A stretch of 32,643 nt of DNA from a virus. Lineage: Duplodnaviria; Caudoviricetes. The position numbers and the translations under genes were made by a program. The stretch's first letter is position 1. Each line of letters begins with the position of its first letter. The stretch is taken from positions 1-32,643 of IMG/VR virus record IMGVR_UViG_3300017548_000008; one strand, 5' to 3'. The notes below the pieces were generated by a model that saw only the letters and a program-made list of their open reading frames with translations, did no database searches and was not told the DNA's origin. Below, one piece after another: positions 24,354-32,643 of this stretch.

Positions 24354-27050
24354 ATGGCAACCGAACGCATAGACATTATCGTCAATGAGAAGGGCTCTCG
24401 AGTTGTCCGTCGCAACTTCGAAGGCCTTGGGCGGTCTGCCAAGGGCGCCGACGTCGCTGTGAGGTTGTTGAATCGCACCCTCGGTCTGGTCGCCAGCGCG
24501 GTCGGTATCAGGCAGGTTCAGCAAATGGTGGACACCTACACCAACCTGCAGAACCGTCTGCGGCAAGTGACCACTGGCACGGCCAACCTGGCCGCGGTGA
24601 CGAGCAACTTGTTTGACATTGCAAATCGCACCCGGTCCTCATATGAGGGAACGGCGGAGTTGTATGCGCGCGTGGCATTGGCCACCAAGGAACTCGGAGT
24701 TTCTCAGCGTGAACTACTCACCTTTACCGAGCGGGTGAACCAGGCGATTATTCTGTCTGGTGCCTCGGCCCAGGAGGCCAGCGCAGGTTTGATCCAATTG
24801 AGCCAAGGCCTGGCATCTGGTACGTTGCGCGGTGATGAACTTCGCTCCGTGCTTGAGCAACTGCCGGCTGTGGCTGACGTGATTGCCAAGCATCTGAGGG
24901 TGACACGAGGCGAGTTGCGCCAGATGGGTGCCGACGCCAAGATCACGACTGACGTCGTCCTTGCCGCCTTCCGCAACGCCGAAAATATTTCTGCCGACTT
25001 TGCAAACACCGTGCCGACCATCGGCCAGGCATTCACGGTGCTGAACAATCAACTCATCAAATTTATCGGGGAGACGGACCAGGCCTACGGAGTCAGCAAC
25101 AAACTTGCCACGGCCATCATCGCCTTGTCAAATAACATCGACCTCCTGGCCAAAAGCCTGGTGGTGCTTGGCGCTGCGCTTGCACCGTTGCTGATTCGCA
25201 GTGCCTTGCCACGATTGCTGACCATCGTGTCCTCGTTGTGGCGCCTCATCGCCATGAATCCTATTGGTCTGCTCATAACAGCACTGACTGGGGCTGCGGC
25301 GAAATTCATTATCTTCAACGATGAATATGATGAATTCTTGAAATCTGCTGGCAAGACGGCCGGGGCGATGGCGCGTGTCACCGCGGCGTTTTCTGGTGCG
25401 CGCGCGTACATCGAAAAGGCGTGGGAGAATTTCCCTGAGTGGTTTGCTGGAATCATTGACCAGGGTGTGACCAAGGCAATCCAGGCATTGTCGAAACTTG
25501 GCACCAAATTGGCGGAGACCACGGTAAATGACGCCAAGCAGGGCAAGAAGATCCTCGATTTCTTCGGCATCCCCACCCCCGAATACGCGGAGCGGGCACT
25601 CAAGGTGGCCGAGGGCGACTACAAGAAGGTGCTGGAAAAAACCCTGAATTTTGAGTTGCCCAAGGATGCACTCAACCGCACCAACAAGTCGTTGGATAGC
25701 GCCGCGATGGCGTTCAAGCAGACGTATCTGCAGACGCTCTCCGACATGTCTGCCGACATCAACAGTGCGCAGGATGAACTTTTGGGCGGCGGTGGTGGCG
25801 GCGGTAATCGAAATATCGTCGATCCCAAGGCGGTAGAGCGCTTCCAACGCGAGTTGCGCCAGCTGTTGGACCAGATCGATCCGGTCGAGGCGGCGTGGCG
25901 ACAGTGGGAGGAGGCCCAGGTCACGCTCAACCAGGCCTTTGCAGTTGGCGCCCTCGACCTGTCGAATTACGACGAAATCATGTCGAAGGCGTACAAGACC
26001 TTCGAGGATTCCATCTTCCCCGTGCAGGCCCTCACTCGCGAGATGGATCGCCAGGCCGAGCTTCTTCAACAAGAGGCCTCATTGCGTGAGCGCAACCAAC
26101 AACTGTACGCAATCGAGGACCAACTGCGCCGTTCGCTTACCGAAAAGGAGCGGCAGGAGCTAGACACCCGGCTGCGTCGCATTCAATTACTGCAGATCGA
26201 GGCCGATATTCTCGACTCGATAAACCAGCCGGCCACAAATTACCGCGACACGGTCAAGGCGTTGAACGGCCTATTGAACACCGGTGCCATCAGCCTTGAC
26301 CAATACAACCAAAAGCTCGATCAGTCCCGCATTGAGATGTTGGAACTTGATCGAACCATTGGCGGAGGTGTATCTCGCGGCTTGTTGAAACTGAGGACAG
26401 AATTCACTGACCTCAGTCAATTGGCCGAGACGACGCTGACCAACGCCTTCAAGGGGGCCGAGGACGCGTTGGTGCAGTTCGTCACTACGGGCAAGGCCAG
26501 CTTCAGCGACCTTGTCAACTCCATCTTGGAGGATTTGGTTCGGTTGTCAATTCGCCAAAGCATCACTGGGCCGTTGGCCCAGATGCTTGGGAATTTCGCC
26601 GGGAGCTGGTTCGGCGGCAGCACCGCCATGAATGCCATGCAAGGCCCAGGTTTCACCGGTCTGTCTGGCTCCACTGCCACGAACGGATACGGGTTGATGC
26701 CTGCCTTCGCCAACGGCGGCGATATGACCGTTGGCGGCAGTGGCGGCGTAGATAGCCAACTGGTGAGCTTCAGGGCGACACCCGGCGAGCGTGTGTATGT
26801 ACGCAAAGCCGGTGAGCGTGATCCGACTGACGGCGGCATGTCTGTGGCGATGAATGTCATTATTCACAACAATGCCAATGCCAACGTTCGGGCCGAGGAG
26901 ACGCGCGATGACAGCGGCCAACCTCAATTGGAGGTGTTTGTAGATCAGGTGGAGGATCAACTGGCGAGTCGTGTGCGACGCGGCCAAGGTTCTCTGTTGC
27001 CCGCCATGAGTGAAAAACTCGGGGTCTCTTCTAAGCCGATTAACCGATGA
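24354..27050 (+). CDS. Tape measure protein
   Basis: About 900 aa, helical; QLSQGLASGTLRGDEL tape-measure motif; lambda-like C-terminal region and FANGG motif. Confidence 0.92.
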   Translation: MATERIDIIVNEKGSRVVRRNFEGLGRSAKGADVAVRLLNRTLGLVASAVGIRQVQQMVDTYTNLQNRLRQVTTGTANLAAVTSNLFDIANRTRSSYEGTAELYARVALATKELGVSQRELLTFTERVNQAIILSGASAQEASAGLIQLSQGLASGTLRGDELRSVLEQLPAVADVIAKHLRVTRGELRQMGADAKITTDVVLAAFRNAENISADFANTVPTIGQAFTVLNNQLIKFIGETDQAYGVSNKLATAIIALSNNIDLLAKSLVVLGAALAPLLIRSALPRLLTIVSSLWRLIAMNPIGLLITALTGAAAKFIIFNDEYDEFLKSAGKTAGAMARVTAAFSGARAYIEKAWENFPEWFAGIIDQGVTKAIQALSKLGTKLAETTVNDAKQGKKILDFFGIPTPEYAERALKVAEGDYKKVLEKTLNFELPKDALNRTNKSLDSAAMAFKQTYLQTLSDMSADINSAQDELLGGGGGGGNRNIVDPKAVERFQRELRQLLDQIDPVEAAWRQWEEAQVTLNQAFAVGALDLSNYDEIMSKAYKTFEDSIFPVQALTREMDRQAELLQQEASLRERNQQLYAIEDQLRRSLTEKERQELDTRLRRIQLLQIEADILDSINQPATNYRDTVKALNGLLNTGAISLDQYNQKLDQSRIEMLELDRTIGGGVSRGLLKLRTEFTDLSQLAETTLTNAFKGAEDALVQFVTTGKASFSDLVNSILEDLVRLSIRQSITGPLAQMLGNFAGSWFGGSTAMNAMQGPGFTGLSGSTATNGYGLMPAFANGGDMTVGGSGGVDSQLVSFRATPGERVYVRKAGERDPTDGGMSVAMNVIIHNNANANVRAEETRDDSGQPQLEVFVDQVEDQLASRVRRGQGSLLPAMSEKLGVSSKPINR

Positions 27051-28159
27051 TCCAGTACCCCGAGAAACTGCCGCCGCCCGTCAGGAATAATTTTTCGTCC
27101 AAATACGAGCGAAATTTCACCGTTCTCCGTATGGATGACGGTGGGCGTCGTCCTATTCGCCGATGGGCCAACCAGCCACGAGAATTTCAGCTAGAATTCC
27201 ACTTTACCTGGGACCAACTGGCACTGTTCGAGGGTTGGGTCGTATACGAGTTGAAGTCCGGACAGAACTATGGTATCATCCCCATCCAGGATGACGTGCC
27301 GATCGAATGCCAGTTTATTGATGACTACAACGTTGTATACGAAGAGAATGGCGAGTGGCGAGTCACCGCACGTGTCCGCACCATTCTTCCTGGTCCGGTG
27401 GTGCCCACATCATTTGTCGTGTTGCCCAGCTGGCCCGCCGAACTCCCTGAGCTTGAAAAGGCCGACTACGGCTTTGTCCGTGAGGGTGCGGCAAGATCCA
27501 CCGTTAAAGAAGGCTGGCAGGATGCTCGCGATCGCTGGAAGACCAAGCGTGCAGACGTACAATTTAAGGTGCTTCTTGACGCCACACAGCGCGAGATATT
27601 CGAGGATTTTGTAGATAATACCCTCGTCGGCGGCCTGGCATGGTTCCAGCTGAATCTAGCGGCAGGCAAGGGTGTTGAGACCGTACGGGCCCAGTTCTCC
27701 GAGCCGCCCACGATCTCGTCAAATGGTGCCGCATTCGTGGTATCTGGTGTCCTGCACACCTTTGCGCTGCCCCTGTATACAGAGGTCGAGTACCTCAGCC
27801 ACCGCGGATTCAATCTATCTGATCGATTGGTATTCACGGAATCACTGGAATTCATGCTAGGGCGGAGTGTCTCCATCGCAGAATACATGAAGTTCTCGGA
27901 GTCGCTCAGTCGGCAACTACATCGACAACTTACGGCCGATCTGGTATTCGGCGAAGAGCTCACCACAGAAACATCCTATAATCGTGCACTAAGCGACGAA
28001 TTTAACATCACAGAATCGGTAGAACAGAGTGCATCTTTCAACCGCCCATCCACGTCAGATGCCACAGAATTCACAGAATCTGGAGTTCTTTTCATACAAG
28101 ATTACGTCGACATGTCCTATCTGGCAGAGGATTATGTTGGTGTGAGCACATCCTTTTAG
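27047..28159 (+). CDS. Distal tail (Dit-like) protein with duplicated domain and repetitive C-terminus
   Basis: Follows the tape measure gene; two YPEKLP/WPAELP ... Q...FE..V...L..G units. Confidence 0.65.
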   Translation: MIQYPEKLPPPVRNNFSSKYERNFTVLRMDDGGRRPIRRWANQPREFQLEFHFTWDQLALFEGWVVYELKSGQNYGIIPIQDDVPIECQFIDDYNVVYEENGEWRVTARVRTILPGPVVPTSFVVLPSWPAELPELEKADYGFVREGAARSTVKEGWQDARDRWKTKRADVQFKVLLDATQREIFEDFVDNTLVGGLAWFQLNLAAGKGVETVRAQFSEPPTISSNGAAFVVSGVLHTFALPLYTEVEYLSHRGFNLSDRLVFTESLEFMLGRSVSIAEYMKFSESLSRQLHRQLTADLVFGEELTTETSYNRALSDEFNITESVEQSASFNRPSTSDATEFTESGVLFIQDYVDMSYLAEDYVGVSTSF

Positions 28160-28168
28160 GAGAATACC

Positions 28169-28609
28169 ATGCCCGACATCAAAATGAAGTTCAAGGGTTT
28201 TGTCGAAATCGAACTGAATGGCCTGGTCGTCATGCAAAAGGCCAATCTCGTGGTCAACACCGGGTTGAATCTGGCAGGTTTGCGCATCTTCACCTCCAGT
28301 GCGGACTACATCCGATACCTGGGCATTGGCTCGGGTACGACTGCCCCAGCGGCCGGGCAAACCGCCCTGACCGCCCAGTTGGGTGCCCGGCGTGCGTTCG
28401 ATTCGACGCCGACAGTAAGTACCACGGGCGTTACCGTCTGCACTTGCCTGTTCCCTGCGGGTCAATCGACCGGATCTGTGGCCGAGGCAGGACTGTTCAC
28501 CGCCACCACGGGCGGCGTCATGTTCAGCCGGGTTACGTTTACGGCCATCCCCAAGCAGGCCACCGATGAACTTCGTGTGACCTGGACGATCACTCCGGCC
28601 AACGGCTAA
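28169..28609 (+). CDS. Tail structural protein (fibre-anchoring module, putative)
   Basis: NLVVNTG, GIGSGTT, EAGLF motifs typical of virion proteins; AGGAG SD. Confidence 0.7.
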   Translation: MPDIKMKFKGFVEIELNGLVVMQKANLVVNTGLNLAGLRIFTSSADYIRYLGIGSGTTAPAAGQTALTAQLGARRAFDSTPTVSTTGVTVCTCLFPAGQSTGSVAEAGLFTATTGGVMFSRVTFTAIPKQATDELRVTWTITPANG

Positions 28610-28619
28610 GGGGTAGAAA

Positions 28620-30587
28620 ATGGTAGACATCGTCACCCGGGCGGGCAAGGGGTCTCCGCTTACCAATGCAGAATTGGATGCCAACTTCACCAACTTGGAT
28701 AGTGGGAAGTTTGAACTGCGTGGCATCCTGCCCAACGTAGAACACGACTTGGATACCTATCTCGCCGATACCTCGGCGGGTATTTGGTATCAACAATCGA
28801 ACTCTGGCGCGACCGTTGGCCTGAATTATCCAATTCAACGAGCGGGCGTATTGGAAATATTCCAGTGGCAAGGTGTCGGATCATATCGTTCGACCATTCA
28901 ACGCTATACCAGCAATGCGACTGCGGCCGGCACTGGCATCCCCTTAACCTTTGTTCGTCGCAGTACATCGGCTGGAGCATGGTCCACATGGCAACAGCTG
29001 TATAACATGGGTCTTGGCGGACTAACGGCGGCTGAAATTTCCGATTTTTCGGCGGCTGCGGATGCGCGCATCAACGAGATCGGCTGGGGCCGCACCGCCA
29101 GCGGGAAAATCTGGCCGCTGTCGGACCTGGACGCCGATCCCACTCCGGTAGGGTCGGGCGTCTACATTGCTACCACGGCGATGCCCGGCACGCCTGTGGC
29201 GAATAACGGCTGCGTGCTGACCTGGGAAAAGTTCACCGCGACAAGTGGCGTCATGGTGGCCAAGGATTATTCGGCAGGCGGCCGCCACTACTATCGACGC
29301 TTCAATGGCACGTCCTGGAGCGCGTGGGCCGAGCTTTACACGAAGGGGCTGGGCGGTCTGACCATTGCCGAAATTTCAGATTTCTATTCGACCCTGGGCC
29401 AGGCCGGATTGCTTACCAATGGTGCAGGCGCTGACTGGCCGGGTAACGACCTCACTGTCGACCCGACGGGTGTTCGCAGTGGTTGGTACCGAACCAATTC
29501 CGGAACGGTTGGCAGGCCGGATGCCAGCAATGCTCATCTGCTGCAATGGATGAAGTATTCGTCCAACTCTGGTACATTGGTCGCCTTCCCCTACTCCAGC
29601 GCGATTAGCAAACTCTACAAAAAGACCTGGAACGGTAGCACGTGGACTGCGTGGCAGTCTACCGACGATGGTTTAATCCAAACTGCGGAGAAGGCTGTGG
29701 CCAATGGGGTGGCCACACTCGATTCCAATATCCGGCTGCCTGTCGAGCAACTGCCTAGCAACGCGGTGGTCACGACCAGCGGCAAGATCCCTGCAAGCGT
29801 CGTGCCACCGGTATACGGTTGGGGCGTCACCGCTGCCGGGCCATCATGGCCGCTGACTGATCTTACGGTCGATCCTGCGAGCGCGCCGTCTGGAATCTAT
29901 AGCATTCCTTCGTCCATGGCTGGCCTACCCGAGGTAAATGGCCACATTGTTCAATGGATGAGATTTGCGGCCACCAGCGGTTTGATGGTGGCGTACAACT
30001 ATATCAACCCGGGCCGGGTGTGGATCAAGCGGTGGAATGGGACGACCTGGTCATCGTGGGAGCGCATTGGGGCAACAGACCCTTGGCAACTGCAACCGTT
30101 GGGTGTCGCCATCCCGGTCTTCGACCACCTTACGGGTGTGTCCCCGCCGCCCACAAACAATTCTGCCTACCGCTACATCAAGCTGACCGCTGGTGACGCT
30201 TACAACGATGGCGTGCTCACTGCCGAGTCCGTGAGCGGCTCAGCCCCATTGGTCATTGCCACGGCACAAATCTCGCTGTCGGCCAGCCCGATGAATGGGC
30301 AGACCGTGCAGTTGATAAACACCGAGCGGCGCGTGCTGCGGGCGGGCGAATCGGGGGTGGTTCAGCAGGATGCCTTTCAGGGCCATAAAGTCCAGACCAT
30401 CGGACAGTATGGACGCACGGCGCTTTCCGGGTCGCAAGACGCGAACGGCACCGGCCTCCGTTCGCCGAACGTATGGGGCGGCCCCACCGCCGATTTGACT
30501 GATGACGGTGTAAACGGCACCCCCCGCACGGCCAACGAAACCCGGATGAAGAACGTTGGCGCAACCTACTACATGAGGATTTTGTGA
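28620..30587 (+). CDS. Tail fibre protein with four knob-like repeats
   Basis: N-terminal KGSPLTNAELDANF; four G.Y ... W..W repeats; C-terminal QDAFQGH ... NETRMKN. Confidence 0.85.
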   Translation: MVDIVTRAGKGSPLTNAELDANFTNLDSGKFELRGILPNVEHDLDTYLADTSAGIWYQQSNSGATVGLNYPIQRAGVLEIFQWQGVGSYRSTIQRYTSNATAAGTGIPLTFVRRSTSAGAWSTWQQLYNMGLGGLTAAEISDFSAAADARINEIGWGRTASGKIWPLSDLDADPTPVGSGVYIATTAMPGTPVANNGCVLTWEKFTATSGVMVAKDYSAGGRHYYRRFNGTSWSAWAELYTKGLGGLTIAEISDFYSTLGQAGLLTNGAGADWPGNDLTVDPTGVRSGWYRTNSGTVGRPDASNAHLLQWMKYSSNSGTLVAFPYSSAISKLYKKTWNGSTWTAWQSTDDGLIQTAEKAVANGVATLDSNIRLPVEQLPSNAVVTTSGKIPASVVPPVYGWGVTAAGPSWPLTDLTVDPASAPSGIYSIPSSMAGLPEVNGHIVQWMRFAATSGLMVAYNYINPGRVWIKRWNGTTWSSWERIGATDPWQLQPLGVAIPVFDHLTGVSPPPTNNSAYRYIKLTAGDAYNDGVLTAESVSGSAPLVIATAQISLSASPMNGQTVQLINTERRVLRAGESGVVQQDAFQGHKVQTIGQYGRTALSGSQDANGTGLRSPNVWGGPTADLTDDGVNGTPRTANETRMKNVGATYYMRIL

Positions 30588-31165
30588 TGCCCTACGCAAG
30601 CGAAAACGCGGTGAGCCGCGATGAACTGCCCGGCGGGGTGGAGATTACGGAAGATCAGTATCAACAGGCCATCGCCGCGCTGGTTGCCGGCCAGCACGTA
30701 ACCATTGAGGGCGGCTTTGCCATCATTGACCCGCCTGTCGTACCCGACCCGGAGCCGGAGCCAGTAGAGCCGCCGACCCTTGAGCAGATCAAGGCGGCCA
30801 AGCTGGCGGAAATCAACGAGGCCGCCGAAAGCGAAATAGCCGTGCTGTCTGGCAAGCACACATACCCGCCGACCGAGGTTGACACATGGCCCACACAGCA
30901 AGCAGAAGCCGCCGCTTGGTTTGCTGCTGATGAGGCCGACCGGGTTGCATCGCTGGTGCCGTGGTGTGCGACGGCGGCAGCCGCGCGGGGGCTGGACTTG
31001 GGCGAGTTCATGGTACGCGTACAGGCCAAGGTCGAAGCCTTCATGCAGATTTCCGCGTTGATCTTCGGCCATCGGCAGGGCTTGGAAGACCAAATCGTGG
31101 CGGCCACCGATGAGGCCGACTTGAACGCCATCGAGTGGGTCGACCCGATTCAATTGGGAGAATGA
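30587..31165 (+). CDS. Tail fibre assembly chaperone (DUF4376-like)
   Basis: Follows the fibre; LEQIKAAKL.EI, YP..E..TW..Q..EA motifs. Confidence 0.7.
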   Translation: MPYASENAVSRDELPGGVEITEDQYQQAIAALVAGQHVTIEGGFAIIDPPVVPDPEPEPVEPPTLEQIKAAKLAEINEAAESEIAVLSGKHTYPPTEVDTWPTQQAEAAAWFAADEADRVASLVPWCATAAAARGLDLGEFMVRVQAKVEAFMQISALIFGHRQGLEDQIVAATDEADLNAIEWVDPIQLGE

Positions 31166-31168
31166 CCG

Positions 31169-31702
31169 ATGTCCTATACAGAGGCCCTTAAGGAGGCATA
31201 CGCGTCGGCCCCGGTCGATGAGTTGGAACTGGTGACGCTGGAGATCCACCATCCATCGTTCGAGGACGACGAGGGGAACCCGACCGCGATTCGCGTCGTG
31301 CAGGCCGACCGGGACTATGACCTTCGGCTCGAGCCCACCGCGCCGTTGAACGGTGGAGAAGTCGTTACTTTCCAGAAGTGTGGGTTCGAGGTGCAGGACC
31401 CTGGGTTCGCTGAAAACAAGGTGCCGATCCTGCCCATCACCATCTCCGGCGTCAGTCGCGAGATAACCAAATACCTGGAGGAGGCGATTCAGACCCGCGC
31501 CCCGCTGATCGTGTATATGCGGCCGTATATCGAGTCGGATCCCGACCAGCCGGCCATGGAGCCGCCATATCGCTTCGAGCTGACCAACGTTTCAGTCGAT
31601 GTATTTCAGGTGACGGGCGAGTGCAACCTGAAGGACGTGTACAATTTCCCCTTCCCCAATCGGAAATACACACCCGAAGATTTCCCTGGGCTGATCACAT
31701 GA
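31169..31702 (+). CDS. Minor tail protein (DUF1833 family)
   Basis: ALKEAYASAP ... TLEI.HP ... FP...YTPE.FPGL. Confidence 0.85.
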   Translation: MSYTEALKEAYASAPVDELELVTLEIHHPSFEDDEGNPTAIRVVQADRDYDLRLEPTAPLNGGEVVTFQKCGFEVQDPGFAENKVPILPITISGVSREITKYLEEAIQTRAPLIVYMRPYIESDPDQPAMEPPYRFELTNVSVDVFQVTGECNLKDVYNFPFPNRKYTPEDFPGLIT

Positions 31703-32094
31703 GCGCCGCCGAATTCATTCCGTACATCGGGTTGCCGTATTTGCCGAACGGGCGCGGCCCCGACGCCTATGACTGCTGGGGTCTGTTGCGTCACATTCAG
31801 GCCCGCCACTTCAACACGCCCATGCCGGAGGTGCCGATTGGCGACGCCGAGGCGACTCGTCAGATCTTCGAGACGAAGGTCAACATGGGCGATTGGGTCG
31901 CCGTGGACATGCCAAGGCACGGAGATGGTGTGTTGTTGCGTGGCGGAAGGCATCCCCATGTGGGCGTTTGGTTGGACATCGATTCGGGCGGTGTGCTTCA
32001 CGCCATGGAGAACATTGGCGTCATCTTCAGCCATCCTCGCGCGTTGCCGGCCCTGGGCTTTGGTCGGATCAAGTTCTATCGGATTCTCAAATGA
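31699..32094 (+). CDS. NlpC/P60 tail tip assembly protein (lambda gpK-like)
   Basis: YIGLPY...GRGP..YDCWGL ... HVGV ... VLHA. Confidence 0.9.
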   Translation: MSAAEFIPYIGLPYLPNGRGPDAYDCWGLLRHIQARHFNTPMPEVPIGDAEATRQIFETKVNMGDWVAVDMPRHGDGVLLRGGRHPHVGVWLDIDSGGVLHAMENIGVIFSHPRALPALGFGRIKFYRILK

Positions 32095-32643
32095 CCGTCA
32101 CGCTTATTCTCTGCAAAAATCCATATCAGCCGCTGGTTGATCGCGAGGTCGAGGTGATCCGACCGGGCGCGCGACTATCAACGGTTTTGCGCCAACGCGG
32201 TTATCTTAAGGGTCGCGGGCAAAAGACGATTCGGCCGATGCCGTTCGTTGTTGCTATCAACGGCGAATACGTACTGCAGAAGACGTGGACTCGCCGCCTG
32301 AGGGCCTCAGACCAGGTGGCGATTATCCACGTGCCGCGCGGTGGAGGTGGATCCAACCCGCTGCGCATCGTGGCGATGATTGCGCTGGTCGTGGTGGCGG
32401 CCTATACTGGCGGTATCGTAGGGGCTGCATACGGTTCTGCCGCGTTGGGTGCGGCGGCATCGGCCGCCATCACCATCACCGGCACTCTACTGCTCAACAT
32501 GTTGTTTCCGGTGAGGCAGACGCCGCTGAGCCTCGGTGGGGACGATACCCAGATCAGTCAGACGTACACCTTCGGCCAGCAATCCAATACGGCCCGGCTG
32601 TTGCAGGCGATCCCCGTGCTCTATGGCCGTCATCGCATCTTCC
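32091..32643 (+). CDS. Tail tip / host-specificity protein (gpI-like N-terminus), truncated at the right edge
   Basis: ATGA overlap; hand translation MTVTLILCKNPY ... PRGGGGSNPLR + hydrophobic segment ... IPVLYGRH; open to the window end. Confidence 0.8.
   Translation, partial: MTVTLILCKNPYQPLVDREVEVIRPGARLSTVLRQRGYLKGRGQKTIRPMPFVVAINGEYVLQKTWTRRLRASDQVAIIHVPRGGGGSNPLRIVAMIALVVVAAYTGGIVGAAYGSAALGAAASAAITITGTLLLNMLFPVRQTPLSLGGDDTQISQTYTFGQQSNTARLLQAIPVLYGRHRIF

Noticed and set aside
11182-26072. Long antisense ORFs (e.g. 16288-17853, 17940-19607, 21995-23461)
   Set aside because: Shadow frames of GC3-biased structural genes on the opposite strand
28620-30587. Diversity-generating retroelement or invertible tail-fibre system
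   Set aside because: No reverse transcriptase, invertase or template/variable repeat pair seen in the window

Overview
A 32.6-kb, GC-rich segment of a long-tailed dsDNA phage (siphovirus organisation). The gene set and order resemble YuA/M6-like phages (Mesyanzhinovviridae) of Beta/Gammaproteobacteria; this assignment is from recall, not a search. Left part (1-9902, mostly minus strand): small early/accessory genes driven by repeated near-consensus sigma70 promoters, a MazG-like gene and a Toprim primase-SF3 helicase. Then an AT-rich origin/packaging-like region with an IHF site (~10050-10430). Right part (10632-end, plus strand): TerS, TerL, portal, minor head protein, scaffold, major capsid, Ig-like protein, neck, tail tube, frameshifting tail chaperones, tape measure, Dit-like protein, tail fibre and tail tip. 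The most unusual signals are non-coding. (i) A 10-mer TGCTGAGGAC extended RBS precedes seven early genes, and its complement sits in a hairpin loop of a ~340-nt structured element upstream of the primase. (ii) A ~173-nt promoter-driven structured RNA has two perfectly complementary loops. (iii) The capsid leader has three hairpins with the same CC-AUGG-GGU cap. There is also a three-gene cluster of exported proteins. All structures were paired by hand and all product calls come from motif recognition and synteny.
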